Shown here in pieces: positions 9,508-19,065 of a stretch of 64,000 nt of DNA. A program made the translations under genes and the position numbers. The stretch is from an uncultured Alphaproteobacteria bacterium. Lineage in GTDB: Bacteria; Pseudomonadota; Alphaproteobacteria; Rhizobiales; Hyphomicrobiaceae. Where the stretch lies: assembly GCA_963832445.1 (NCBI GenBank), contig CAWHUM010000026.1, forward strand, positions 232,517 to 296,516, given 5' to 3'. Each line of letters starts with the position of its first letter. The first letter of the stretch is position 1. Below the pieces are notes generated by a model. That model saw only the letters and a program-made list of their open reading frames with translations. It made no database searches and had not been told where the DNA came from.

Positions 9508-10601
9508 ATGACCGCAGATGACAACCAAGACCCGGCTCGGAAGATACTCGGCACCACGACCATCGACCTGGCGATCCGCCTCAGCTTCATCGGCCTCCTC
9601 GGTTACTTGTCGTTTCGGGTAATCGCTCCATTCCTGACCATCGGCATGTGGAGCGCCATACTCGCGGTCGCCCTCTACCCTCTGTTCTATTGGCTGGCAC
9701 GACGGCTGAACCCGCACCTGGCCGCGGCGCTTGTCACGTTGTTGTGCTTGATGATCGTCATAGGTCCCGTGACCTGGCTCGGCCTCGGCATGATCGCCGG
9801 CATCGGCTCCTTGGTGGCCTCGTTGGACACGCCGCAACTGGTAATTCCTCTCCCCCCGATTCGGTGAAGCGCTGGCCGCTCGCCGGCGCTCGGCTGCATG
9901 AGCTGTGGAGCCTCGCAGCCACGAACATGAAGGTTGCCCTGGCCGAGGTGGCACCGACGCTCAGGCCGGTCGGCACCATGCTGCTCGGCTTGGCCCAGAG
10001 CGCGTTTTTCGCCCTGCTCGAGCTCCTTGCGGCGATCGTGATTGCGGGGTTCTTGTTCACCCGCGGACCGCAATTGGCCGACGCGCTGGGCGCGATCTTG
10101 GGCCGCGCACTCAGTCACCGCGGCAAGGAACTGGTGCAACTCGCGGGAGCAACTATACGCAACGTATCGCGCGGCGTCGTTGGCATCGCTCTGTTGCAGG
10201 CCATTCTCGCCGGGGCAGGCTTTCTTGCCGCGGGGGTTCCCGCTGCCGGCGTGCTCGCCTTCCTCGCCCTGCTGCTCGGCATCATACAGATCGGACCAGG
10301 GGTCCTGTTCGTGCCGGTCGTCATCTGGAGCTGGATAGCGATGGACACGACGCACGCCCTGATCTTCACCGCCTACATGGTTCCGGTCGGCTTCGTGGAC
10401 AACATCCTCAAGCCGTTTCTGATGGCGCGTGGGCTGACCACGCCGATGCCGGTGATCATGGTCGGCGTCATCGGCGGCATGATGGCTTACGGGATTGTCG
10501 GGCTGTTCTTCGGCCCCATCGTCCTGTCGGTCGCCTGGGCCATAGCGGTGGCGTGGGTGCACGGAGGCGAGGCCGCTGCGGAGGACCACAATTCCCACTG
10601 A
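9508..10601 (+). pseudogene. AI-2E family transporter (PerM-like), frame broken once
   Basis: The N-terminal 119 aa (frame of 9508) and C-terminal about 250 aa (frame of 9648) read as one AI-2E protein. The junction is at the C6 run 9852-9857. Total length mod 3 = 2. Confidence 0.8.
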
Positions 10602-10777
10602 TTCCCCTTCGTTTTCAGACAGCTGCGGGCACAGGTCGAATTGCTCAACGGTGCGCCCCGCGACTCGTCCGACGGCTGAGCTGATCACGCTCGGAGCCGA
10701 GAATCGCTTCAGCCTGTGTCCGCACCGCACTTGCCCTTAAGGATCCGTTAACCTTTACAATCCCATATGGTGAACGT

Positions 10778-10816
10778 TTGGTTACCTGGAAATTGCCACT
10801 TTCCACAGGTAACCAA
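10778..10816. promoter_or_regulatory. perfect 11-bp inverted repeat upstream of the amidase gene
   Basis: 'ttggttacctg' - 17 nt - 'caggtaaccaa', about 45 nt upstream of the ATG at 10860, in a locally AT-rich stretch. Confidence 0.4.
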
Positions 10817-10859
10817 CAGACTGTCCCGCCATGTGACGCGTTAGACGGGGGTCTAGGGC

Positions 10860-12158
10860 ATGAAGTTTGGCAGGCTACCGGGCGTCCGCCTGTGCGGAAC
10901 GCTCTTTTTACTGGTTGTCGCTGCCTCTCTTGCGGCGCCTGCCCCCGTGTTTGCTCAGGGGCTGCTCGATCTGCAGTGGTTGACCGGCAAGAGTGCGACC
11001 AAGGACCCTGGTGAGAAAACCACCCGCACCCGCTTCATCATCGGGCTGGAGCAGGCGGTCGAATTCGAGGTGGCGGCGCTCGAAAATCCAAACCGCGTGT
11101 TCGTCGACCTGCCCGAGGTCAAAGTCGTGCTGCCCGATCCTCTGGGCGACACGCCGGCGGGCCTGATCAAGGGCTTCCGGCACGGCATGTCGGCGCCGGG
11201 CAAGTCGCGCGTCGTCATCGACGTCACCGGGCCGGTGGTGGTCGAGAAGTACAGCATCGAGAAGCCCGCCGACGGCAAGTCCGCCCGCATTGTGATCGAC
11301 TTGGTTTCCGCGGACGAGGCCACGGTGACGGAGGAGGCGCGTGCCACCATACGCGCCGGCGCGCTGGGGCTTGGAGCGGGCGGCAACCTGCAGCCGCCGA
11401 CGCCGAAGCCGGCCCAATCGCCGCAAGCGCGCGCGGCCAACGCCTTCAAGCCCGTGATCGTCATCGATCCCGGACACGGCGGCGAGGACGGCGGCGCCAG
11501 GAAATTCGGTACGCTGGAAAAGGATGTCGTGCTGTCGTTCAGCCTCAAGCTGCGCGAGAAGCTCAATGAGACGGGCCGCTACAAGGTCCTCATGACGCGC
11601 GAGAAAGACGTTTTCATCCCGCTCGAGGAGCGGCGCGAGTTCGCCGAGCGCAACCAGGCGGCCCTCTTCATTGCTATCCATGCCGACTACGCGGCTCGCG
11701 CGACGGCGCGCGGCGCCACCATCTATTCGTTGCGCCCGCAGCTCTCCGAATCGCTGCGCCGCGGCGCCAAGGGCCTCAAGGAGAGCGTGCTCTCCAGCCA
11801 GGAGACCGCCCAGATCAAGAAGGTCGGCGGCGACGTCAACGCGGTGCGCGACATGCTGGCCGATCTCGCCCAACTCGATGTGGAGCGCAAGGGCGAGCGC
11901 ACCAACGTTCTGGTCCAGTCGGTGCTGAGTTTCATGGGCTCCACCACCAACATGATGGAGAACCCCGACCGCAAGGCCGCCTTCGTCGTGCTGAAGACCA
12001 CCAGCGTGCCCTCGATCCTGCTCGAGCTCGGCTATATGACTAGCGTGGAGGACGCCCAGCAGCTCAAGTCCGACCGGTGGCGCGACAGCGTCTCGGGCTC
12101 GCTGGTTACGGCCATCGACAACTATTTCGCCAACCACGTCGCTCGCCTGCCGATGTAG
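10860..12158 (+). CDS. N-acetylmuramoyl-L-alanine amidase (AMIN + Amidase_3)
   Basis: Signal peptide followed by an AMIN-like N-domain. Catalytic region shows 'IVIDPGHGGEDGGA' and 'LLELGYMT'. Confidence 0.9.
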   Translation: MKFGRLPGVRLCGTLFLLVVAASLAAPAPVFAQGLLDLQWLTGKSATKDPGEKTTRTRFIIGLEQAVEFEVAALENPNRVFVDLPEVKVVLPDPLGDTPAGLIKGFRHGMSAPGKSRVVIDVTGPVVVEKYSIEKPADGKSARIVIDLVSADEATVTEEARATIRAGALGLGAGGNLQPPTPKPAQSPQARAANAFKPVIVIDPGHGGEDGGARKFGTLEKDVVLSFSLKLREKLNETGRYKVLMTREKDVFIPLEERREFAERNQAALFIAIHADYAARATARGATIYSLRPQLSESLRRGAKGLKESVLSSQETAQIKKVGGDVNAVRDMLADLAQLDVERKGERTNVLVQSVLSFMGSTTNMMENPDRKAAFVVLKTTSVPSILLELGYMTSVEDAQQLKSDRWRDSVSGSLVTAIDNYFANHVARLPM

Positions 12159-12197
12159 GCAGCGCCTCGCGCAAACGCGCCCCGGCCGCGGCGTGCG

Positions 12198-13244
12198 TCA
12201 ACCGAACACGTCGAGCAACGCGCCGTCACGGATCACCTCGCGGCCGTCGATGGCAATGGTCGTGCGCATGACGGGAATGTCGAAGTGCCCGGCCGTGTAG
12301 CGGCCGGCGAACTCGTTGGCGCCGGTGGAGAACAGGAAATTGCCGGCCACGGCTCTGAGCTCCGTGCCGTTGGTGTCGGCGCGATCGTACATGGCGAGCG
12401 CCTCGTAGCGCGCGCGGCGGTTGAGGCCGAAGCCGACGTGGCTCACCGCGTAGGCCTCGCGGTCGCCCCAGGCGGCGAGATAGCCCTTCATCATCTCCGC
12501 ATCCGTGCCCTCGCCCTCGATGCGCGTGACGTAGTCGGCCTCGAGCGTGAGGCGCACCGGGGCTTCGAGGTAGCGCTTGAAGGTCAGGTTGATGTCGCCG
12601 CGGTCGAGCACGAGAGAGCCGTTGACCGAGCCAGCCTTGCAGAAGCTCACGACGATGCCGCCCGGCCAGTGCGCCAAGGTGCCGGGCTTGTCGGTCCAGC
12701 CCCAGATGCCGACGGTGGAAGCGCCGGCCATGGCGATGTTGAGGTCGGTGCCGGCGGCCGAGCGCACGCTCATGCGGGTGGCGCCGCGCAGCATCTTGGC
12801 CGCTGCGCGGACACTTTTCTCGAGCGCGCCGTCGGGCGCCATGCGTTCCAGCGCCTCGGGATGCTCGTTGGAGATCACCATGATGCGCGCGCCTGCCTTG
12901 AGGATGGCCGGCGTCTCGGGCGCGTGCATCAGCCCCTCGATGGTGCAGTCGACCACGAAGCCGGCCTGGCCGAGCGCCGCCACTACCGGCGCCAGCTTGC
13001 CGATCGCCTCGCTGGCGCCGGTGGAGCGCACCGGAACGGGGTGCTTATTGCGCGGGGTCGGCACAACAACGTGGAACGGCCTGGCACCCAGCCGCAGCAG
13101 GGCCAGCTCGGCCAGATGCACGTTCAGCGTCCGCGACTGCGTCTCCGACAGGATCGCCGCCGTGTCGCCCCTCCTCACGGCGCAGCGTTCGAACACCTCG
13201 CAGAACGCGTCGATCCATTTGCCTTCGATGCGGTCAGCGAACAT
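12198..13244 (-). CDS. aminopeptidase-T-fold protein, NicX (2,5-dihydroxypyridine dioxygenase)-like
   Basis: 348 aa from the internal ATG ('MFADRIEGKW..'). Overall resemblance to the NicX/M29 family is recalled from memory. No other nic genes are nearby. Confidence 0.55.
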   Translation of the reverse strand: MFADRIEGKWIDAFCEVFERCAVRRGDTAAILSETQSRTLNVHLAELALLRLGARPFHVVVPTPRNKHPVPVRSTGASEAIGKLAPVVAALGQAGFVVDCTIEGLMHAPETPAILKAGARIMVISNEHPEALERMAPDGALEKSVRAAAKMLRGATRMSVRSAAGTDLNIAMAGASTVGIWGWTDKPGTLAHWPGGIVVSFCKAGSVNGSLVLDRGDINLTFKRYLEAPVRLTLEADYVTRIEGEGTDAEMMKGYLAAWGDREAYAVSHVGFGLNRRARYEALAMYDRADTNGTELRAVAGNFLFSTGANEFAGRYTAGHFDIPVMRTTIAIDGREVIRDGALLDVFG

Positions 13245-13338
13245 GGGCGGCCCCTCTCGCGCGCGGGTTGGCGTTGGATGATAGGTATGGCATGGGCCCG
13301 CAGCAACAGCGGCCGGGTCTTGCCGGGAGGCCAATCGC

Positions 13339-14115
13339 TCAGTCGGTATAGCCAGCCAGGCTGGCGGCGACATCGATCATCGGCTGTTGGCTCACTGTCA
13401 CGAAGCCACTGGCCGGCCTGTCGAGGTCCTGGATCAGAAGGATCATGGCGGCAATGAGTATCCCCATTACATAAACCCCGGGCCGCCAGCGCCGCGCCTC
13501 CAGGGCGCCCGCGTAACCCGTAAAGGCGATTGCCACCACGGCTGTCGCGTACAGCGCGAGCAAAGCAATGTTGGGCACTCGGGTACGCGCCGCAGTCAAC
13601 CGCTTCTCATGATTATCGATCAATTCGTTGAGGGACTGAATGAAGAGTCCCGTGGGCACCATCTCCGTGTTCTTGACGGCTGCTGCCTTCGCCTGCTGCC
13701 AAAGCGCTTCCTGAACGGCATTCGACCGAGCAATTGCGGTTTGCAGTTCCAGCGGTGACGGCACACGCCGCGTAACGTCCAACCGCACCTTGGTGTACTC
13801 GCGCAGCAGGGCCAGGCTCTCCGTGTTGTGCGGCGATGGGAGAAGGCGGGCACGCAGCGCGGTTGTGCCGATGGCATTCGCCTCGTTCAGGACGGCCTCC
13901 CGTCGTGCGTCGAAGCGCGTCAGCGCCATGGCGAATGTGAAACTGATCATCAGCGCCAGGAGGCCAAGCATGGAGGCTTCCAGTGTCGTGATGTTCTGGC
14001 TGCCGCGATCACCCGCACGCAGGCCGAGCCAATGCCCCAACTCGCCGGCTACCAGGATCAGCACAATGCTGCCCACAAAGATCAGCGGCAGGGGGTAGTC
14101 GGCGAGTTCAAACAT
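13339..14115 (-). CDS. DUF4239-type membrane protein
   Basis: 258 aa, with two N-terminal and two C-terminal TM helices around a helical core. The pattern is recalled as DUF4239 (bestrophin-like). Confidence 0.65.
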   Translation of the reverse strand: MFELADYPLPLIFVGSIVLILVAGELGHWLGLRAGDRGSQNITTLEASMLGLLALMISFTFAMALTRFDARREAVLNEANAIGTTALRARLLPSPHNTESLALLREYTKVRLDVTRRVPSPLELQTAIARSNAVQEALWQQAKAAAVKNTEMVPTGLFIQSLNELIDNHEKRLTAARTRVPNIALLALYATAVVAIAFTGYAGALEARRWRPGVYVMGILIAAMILLIQDLDRPASGFVTVSQQPMIDVAASLAGYTD

Positions 14116-14295
14116 GGGGAGGACTGGGCACCGCGCGTTCTGCAGATCCGAAAAACTATTGGATACGGCTGGCGGGCATTGCCGGCGACCCGGCGCGAGG
14201 TCCTTGCCCTCGAGTCAGCACCTACACTGGGTTAACAAGCTTGGCAGCAGTTTCTCCGTCTTGAGATTAATGGCGGGCTCGACCGGACCTGCGCC

Positions 14296-14356
14296 ACGGC
14301 GGCGTCTAGGGCGGTCCACACGGAAACGGCGGCGTCTAGCGCGGTGCACACGGGAA
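14296..14356. repeat. tandem direct repeat, 2 x ~30 nt
   Basis: 'acggcggcgtctagggcggtccacacggaa' is followed directly by 'acggcggcgtctagcgcggtgcacacgggaa'. Confidence 0.8.
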
Positions 14357-14417
14357 GGCAGCCGGCATCGCGCGGTGCCGGCCGCCCCAGCTGCCGTCTA
14401 ATCAGATGGTCCGGCAG

Positions 14418-15098
14418 CTACTTGGCTTTGGCTTCGGGGAGGGCCCGCACCTCCTCGCCCGCAAGGCGCAACTTGACGCGGTCGGACAGTCGCTCGAAAT
14501 CGTCGCCGCTGATGGTCACGGTTTTGTCGCCGATGCCGAGCCAGCGGCCGACGGCGACCTGGATCGACTGCACTTTCCCGTCGGGCCCTCTATTCACCTC
14601 GACGACCTGGCCGAGGTTCTTGTCGTCGGCGCTGTAGACGGGCACGCCCCTGAGCGTCGCCAGGCCCTGCACCGCCTGCCGCAAGCCGGTGAGAACGGCC
14701 TGGCACGACTGCGAGAGCGTGCCGCTCTTCTGCACCAGGCACTGCCCGATCCTGTCCGCATCGCCGCATTGCGTCTCGATGTCGTTCCAGCATGCTTCGG
14801 AGATGCGCTCGACGCGGTTGACGGCGCGTTCGAGCTGGCGCGAGGCGCGATAGAGCGCGAACTGGCATCTGCGGCTCAACTGGTCCTCGTGAGCCTGCAT
14901 GCACAGCAGCACGCGGCCCTCGCCGCGCGTGACGTTGCCGCAGAAATTGCTGACGTCGGCGGCGCACGCGCCCTCGACCATTTCGACCGCACCGGCGATG
15001 CGCTCCCTGAGCTGGGATTGCGCCAACGCCGTTGCGACTGGCCACGCCAACGCCAGGCACGCAGCCGAAAGCATCACAGTCCTCGAGCTGTTCCTCAT
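14418..15098 (-). CDS. secreted Cys-rich repeat + PRC-barrel domain protein
   Basis: Internal ATG ('MRNSSRTVMLSAACLALAWPVATALA' signal) with AGGAG upstream. Three Cys-containing repeats. The C-terminal 'VPVYSADDKNLGQVVEV..' is PRC-barrel-like. Confidence 0.65.
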   Translation of the reverse strand: MRNSSRTVMLSAACLALAWPVATALAQSQLRERIAGAVEMVEGACAADVSNFCGNVTRGEGRVLLCMQAHEDQLSRRCQFALYRASRQLERAVNRVERISEACWNDIETQCGDADRIGQCLVQKSGTLSQSCQAVLTGLRQAVQGLATLRGVPVYSADDKNLGQVVEVNRGPDGKVQSIQVAVGRWLGIGDKTVTISGDDFERLSDRVKLRLAGEEVRALPEAKAK

Positions 15099-15190
15099 GG
15101 CAGGTCTCCTTTCGCTACCCGCCGCATCGATACAGCGCGCATGAGGGTCGCGAAATCGGGACATCGCCCTAGGCCGGTGTTGGATAGCGT

Positions 15191-15224
15191 GTAGGTTGGG
15201 TCGAGCGAAGCGCTGACCCAACAC
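15191..15224. repeat. REP-type hairpin unit
   Basis: 'gtaggttgggtcgagcgaagcgctgacccaacac', with stem gttgggtc/gacccaac. Confidence 0.8.
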
Positions 15225-15337
15225 TTCCGGCACGGCGCATTGGCCGATCGCGATGCCGAGCTGAGAAGCGCCCAACGTAGCGCCAGCCTTACGAGGATCG
15301 GTCAATGGAGCCGCATCGTGGAAGCAGCGTGCAGTGG

Positions 15338-15372
15338 GTGTTGGGTCGTCGCTGCCGCTCGACCCAACCTAC
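15338..15372. repeat. REP-type hairpin unit, opposite orientation
   Basis: 'gtgttgggtcgtcgctgccgctcgacccaacctac'. Its outer 17 nt are the exact inverted complement of the unit at 15191. Confidence 0.8.
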
Positions 15373-15375
15373 CCG

Positions 15376-16143
15376 TCACCCCTCCTCCGGAAACCCGGCC
15401 AGCAGGCGCGCGCGTAGCGCATTGAAGCCGGCGTTGAGTGCCAGGCCCAGGAGCGAGATGGCGATCAGCGGTACGAACATGTCGACCGTGTGGAAGCTGC
15501 GCGAGGCGTAGATGAGGAGGTGGCCGAGGCCGTTGGTGGAGGTGATCATCTCCGCCAGGAACACGACGATGCAGGAGATGACGAGGCCGATGCGGCAGCC
15601 GGTCAGCACCGAGGGCAGCGCCGCCGGCAGCACCACCGTCAGCAAGGCTTTTCGCGCCGAGGTGCCCGCCGCGCGCGCCGACCACACCAGCTTGGGCTCA
15701 ACCGCGCTGGTGCCTTGGTAGGTGGCGAGCAGGATCGGGAAAACCGCATCGGCCGCCACCAGCGCCACCTTGGACGCGTGCTCGAAGCCCAGGATGAGAA
15801 TGAACGCCGGGTAGAGCGCGATCTTGGGCACCGGCGCCAGCACGCGCACGATCGGCCGCACCAGCGCCTCTATCGCCCGGTTGCCGGTCGCCGCCACGCC
15901 GAGCGTCACGCCGATCACAACGGCAATAGAGAAGCCGGCGAACAGGCGAAACAGGGTGATCGCCGCGTGCTCGAGAAAGGTGGGGTCTCTCAGCTGCTCG
16001 GCGAGCCTTGCGAACACGGCGCCAGGCGGCGGCAGCAGGGAGGGCGGCGCCATGCCGGCGCTGGTCAGGCCCTGCCACAGCGCCAGGATCAGCGCGATCG
16101 GCAGGATGCCGAGCAGGGCCTCGGCGATGGCGTTGCGCCTCAT
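15376..16143 (-). CDS. ABC transporter permease (NitT/TauT family), intact
   Basis: 255 aa from 'MRRNAIAEALLG..', a typical BPD_transp_1 permease. Its ATG overlaps the upstream stop (ATGA). Confidence 0.85.
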   Translation of the reverse strand: MRRNAIAEALLGILPIALILALWQGLTSAGMAPPSLLPPPGAVFARLAEQLRDPTFLEHAAITLFRLFAGFSIAVVIGVTLGVAATGNRAIEALVRPIVRVLAPVPKIALYPAFILILGFEHASKVALVAADAVFPILLATYQGTSAVEPKLVWSARAAGTSARKALLTVVLPAALPSVLTGCRIGLVISCIVVFLAEMITSTNGLGHLLIYASRSFHTVDMFVPLIAISLLGLALNAGFNALRARLLAGFPEEG

Positions 16144-16927
16144 GACGTCCCCACCGCGATCTGGTGCACCGGCTCGGCCCAGGCAAGCAGCCACGCGCGC
16201 AGCCGCTCGAAGGCCACGTCGAGCACGAAACCCAACAGGCCGATGATGACGATCGTCGCGTAGACCGTGTCGTAGAGGGCCATGTCGAGCGAGTTGAACA
16301 GGATGTTGCCGACGCCTGCCTGCCGCGCGATCATCTCGCTCGTCACCATGGTGATGAGCGCCAGCACCAGCCCCGTGCGCAGGCCGACGAAGACTTCGGG
16401 CAGCGAGGCCGGCAGCACCACGCGCGCCAGCCGCTGCGGCCGGCGTCATGCCCATCGCCGCGGCCGACCACAGCATCTTCTCCTCCACGGCGCGGGCGCC
16501 CTGATAGCTGTGGTAGATGACCGGCAGGCTGACGCCCAAAAAGATCACCAGCGTCTTGGAGGCATCGCCGATGCCGAGCCACAGCATGATGACCGGCATC
16601 AGGGCGGCCTTGGGCACGGGATAGATCGTCATCAGCAGAGGATTGAGGGCGGCGGCGACCAGGCGGCTGCGGCCCATCAGCAGCCCCGTGGGGATCGCGA
16701 ACAGCAGCGCCGAGCCCGAAGCCTATGAGCATCCGCCGCAGCGAATCGAAGATGTGAAACAGCGCCTCCCGGTCGCCCAGGATGGCCGGCAGCTGGCGCA
16801 GCGCCTCGTGCGCCGGCGGCAGGCCGCTGATGTGGAACGTGCGCGAGGCGAGCTCCCATAGCGCCAGCAGGCCGACACACGCGAGCAGGGGCGGCAACCC
16901 GGGCACGGAGGACCAGCGCGCGCTCAT
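16140..16927 (-). pseudogene. ABC transporter permease, two frame breaks
   Basis: Three collinear permease segments lie in three frames: 'MSARWSS..LIGFGLG', then 'LLFAIPTGLLMGRSRL..AAMGMTP', then 'RLARVVLPASLPEVF..'. Breaks are near 16707-16711 and 16436-16443. Length mod 3 = 2. Confidence 0.75.
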
Positions 16928-17705
16928 GTTTCTTGGGGCCCCTGCTCCGGGGTGTCCATCAGCCGCTCGATGTCGACCACCAGGGTCTGGTAGCGGCGGT
17001 CGACCAGCAGCTCGGCCCGCCGGCGCGGCCGCGGCAGATCGATGTCGATCGTCTCCTTGATGCGGCCCGGCGAGCGCGTCAGCACCACCACCCGGTCCGA
17101 CAGGAACACCGCCTCCTCCACGCTGTGGGTGACGAACAGCACGGTCTTGCGGTCGCGCTCCCAGATCTCCAAGCAGCTCGTTCTGCAGGCCGGTGCGGGT
17201 GTGCGCGTCGAGCGCGCCGAACGGCTCGTCCATCAGCAGGATACTGGGGCCGTAGGCCAAGCGTGCGGGCGATCGCCACGCGCTGCTTCATGCCGCCGGA
17301 CAGCTCCTTGGGATAGAAATTCTCATAGCCCTTGAGATGCACCAGCGCGATCAGCGCGCGCGCCTTGGCCTCGGCCTCCGCCCTCGCCATGCCGCGCTCG
17401 AGCGGCCCGTACATGACGTTGCCGAGCACCGTCTTCCAGGGAAACAGCGCGAACTCCTGGAACACCGGCCCGCGGTCGGGGCCAGGGCCCGGTGACGGCC
17501 TTCGCCGTCGACCGCGCACGCTGCCCTCGGTCGGCTGCACGAAGCCGCCGACGATGTAGAGCAGCGTGGACTTGCCGCACCCGGACGGCCCGAGGATCGA
17601 GACGAACTCGCCGTCGGCGATGGTGAGCGAGATGTCGGCGAGAGCGAGATGGCTGGTGCCGCGCTGGGTATCGAACGTCTTGCTCAGCCGCTCGATGGCG
17701 ATCAT
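16924..17705 (-). pseudogene. ABC transporter ATP-binding protein, at least two frame breaks
   Basis: Walker A 'GPSGCGKST', signature 'LSGGMKQRVAIAR', Walker B 'LLMDEPFGALD' and C-terminal 'LFVTHSVEEAVFLSDRVVVL' lie in three different frames. Breaks are near 17255-17262 and 17169-17172. Confidence 0.8.
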
Positions 17706-17823
17706 GGGGCTTCCCTCTCCCCGCTCGGGCAGGGTTGCGGCGGGGAGGCAGCGACTAGCTACCGCATGTGCGGCCGCCCCTCCGCCCCTCGCACCTTCGA
17801 CGGGGAGAGGAGCGAGCGAGCGC

Positions 17824-18823
17824 TCATTCGATCGGCGCGACCACGCTGGCGTGGCGGAAGCGGGCGACGTCGAGCTTCTCCTTGATCATGCCGGACTCCG
17901 CGTAGATGTCGAACATCGCCTGGATGCCGGCGAAGTTGGGCGCCGCACCGGGCTCGCGCGCGAAGTCGTTGGGCTTCAAGAGGTAGGTCTCGAGCACCGG
18001 GATCGGCGCCTTGATCACCTCGTTCACCACTTTCAGCGTCTCCGCGCGGTTGGCGAGCGCCTTCTTCATGCCGGCGGTGAGGTCGCGCACGTAGAGCTTC
18101 ACCAGCTCCGGGTTCTTGTCGACGAAGTCCTTCCGGCACACCTCGAGGATGTGCACGATGTTCTGCTGCTGGTCGGAGAGCGCGAACAGCTTGCGCAGGC
18201 CGCCCGTGGCCTCCGCCTGGGCGGCGAACGGCTGGTTGAGCACGCCGACGTCGACGCGCCCCGTGCGGATGGCATCCTCGGAGCCCGGGAAGCCGGTCTC
18301 GACCAGGCGGATGTCCTTGGCCGGGTCGAGGCCGTTCTTCTTGAGCAGCAGGAACATGGGGCCCAGGATGCCGGAGCCGAACACGTTGGTGCCGACGCTC
18401 TTGCCCTTCATGTCGGCGATGGTCTTGATGGGGCTAGTCGTCCTTCACCGCCCAGTAGACCGAGAAGCTGCCCGGCCGCTCGCCGACGTGCTGGGCGATG
18501 ATGTAGGCCTGCAGGCCGCCCTGGATGGCGCCGTTGGCGAGCGACAAGCGGCGCCTGCGTCGAGCAGTCGAGCGAGCCCGCCACCATGGCCTGAACCATG
18601 GGCGCGGTGCCCTGGAACTGCACGAACTCGATCTTGTAGGCCTTGCCGAGCGCTGGCGAACTGCTCCGATGCGGCGCATCAGCCAGTACTTGGCCTCCTC
18701 GGCGGGGATGGTCCAGCCGACGCGGATCACCTCCTGCGCCACCGCGGCCCCACCCAACAGCGTGCAGCCGGCCACGGCCAAGCCCAGCGCCAACTTCCTC
18801 GACATACGCCTGCGCAATTTCAT
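17824..18823 (-). pseudogene. ABC substrate-binding protein (NMT1/SsuA-like), about four frame breaks
   Basis: Signal peptide 'MKLRRRMSRKLALGLAVAGCTLLGGAAVA'. Collinear SBP segments alternate between frames, with breaks near 18668-18676, 18651-18657, 18545 and 18434-18440 (the last gives an in-frame TAG). Confidence 0.75.
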
Positions 18824-19065
18824 GGCATTGCCCTTGTTTGTCCCGTCACGGACGGTTCATCGTTGGAAAACACTAGCAAAGTCCGGGCCGGGCGTCCTGC
18901 CGCAGTCCGCCGCGGCGTTAGGCAGCCCCCTGCGCGCTTCGGCCCTCGGCCGTGTCCAATGTGTGGCAAAGACTGGCCACCGTCCGGCAGGCGGACGGGC
19001 TAAGCTGACCGAGGTCTGCCGCCGGATGCACAACGCAAGCGTTGTGCTCCCAGAGAGGCTGTCCT

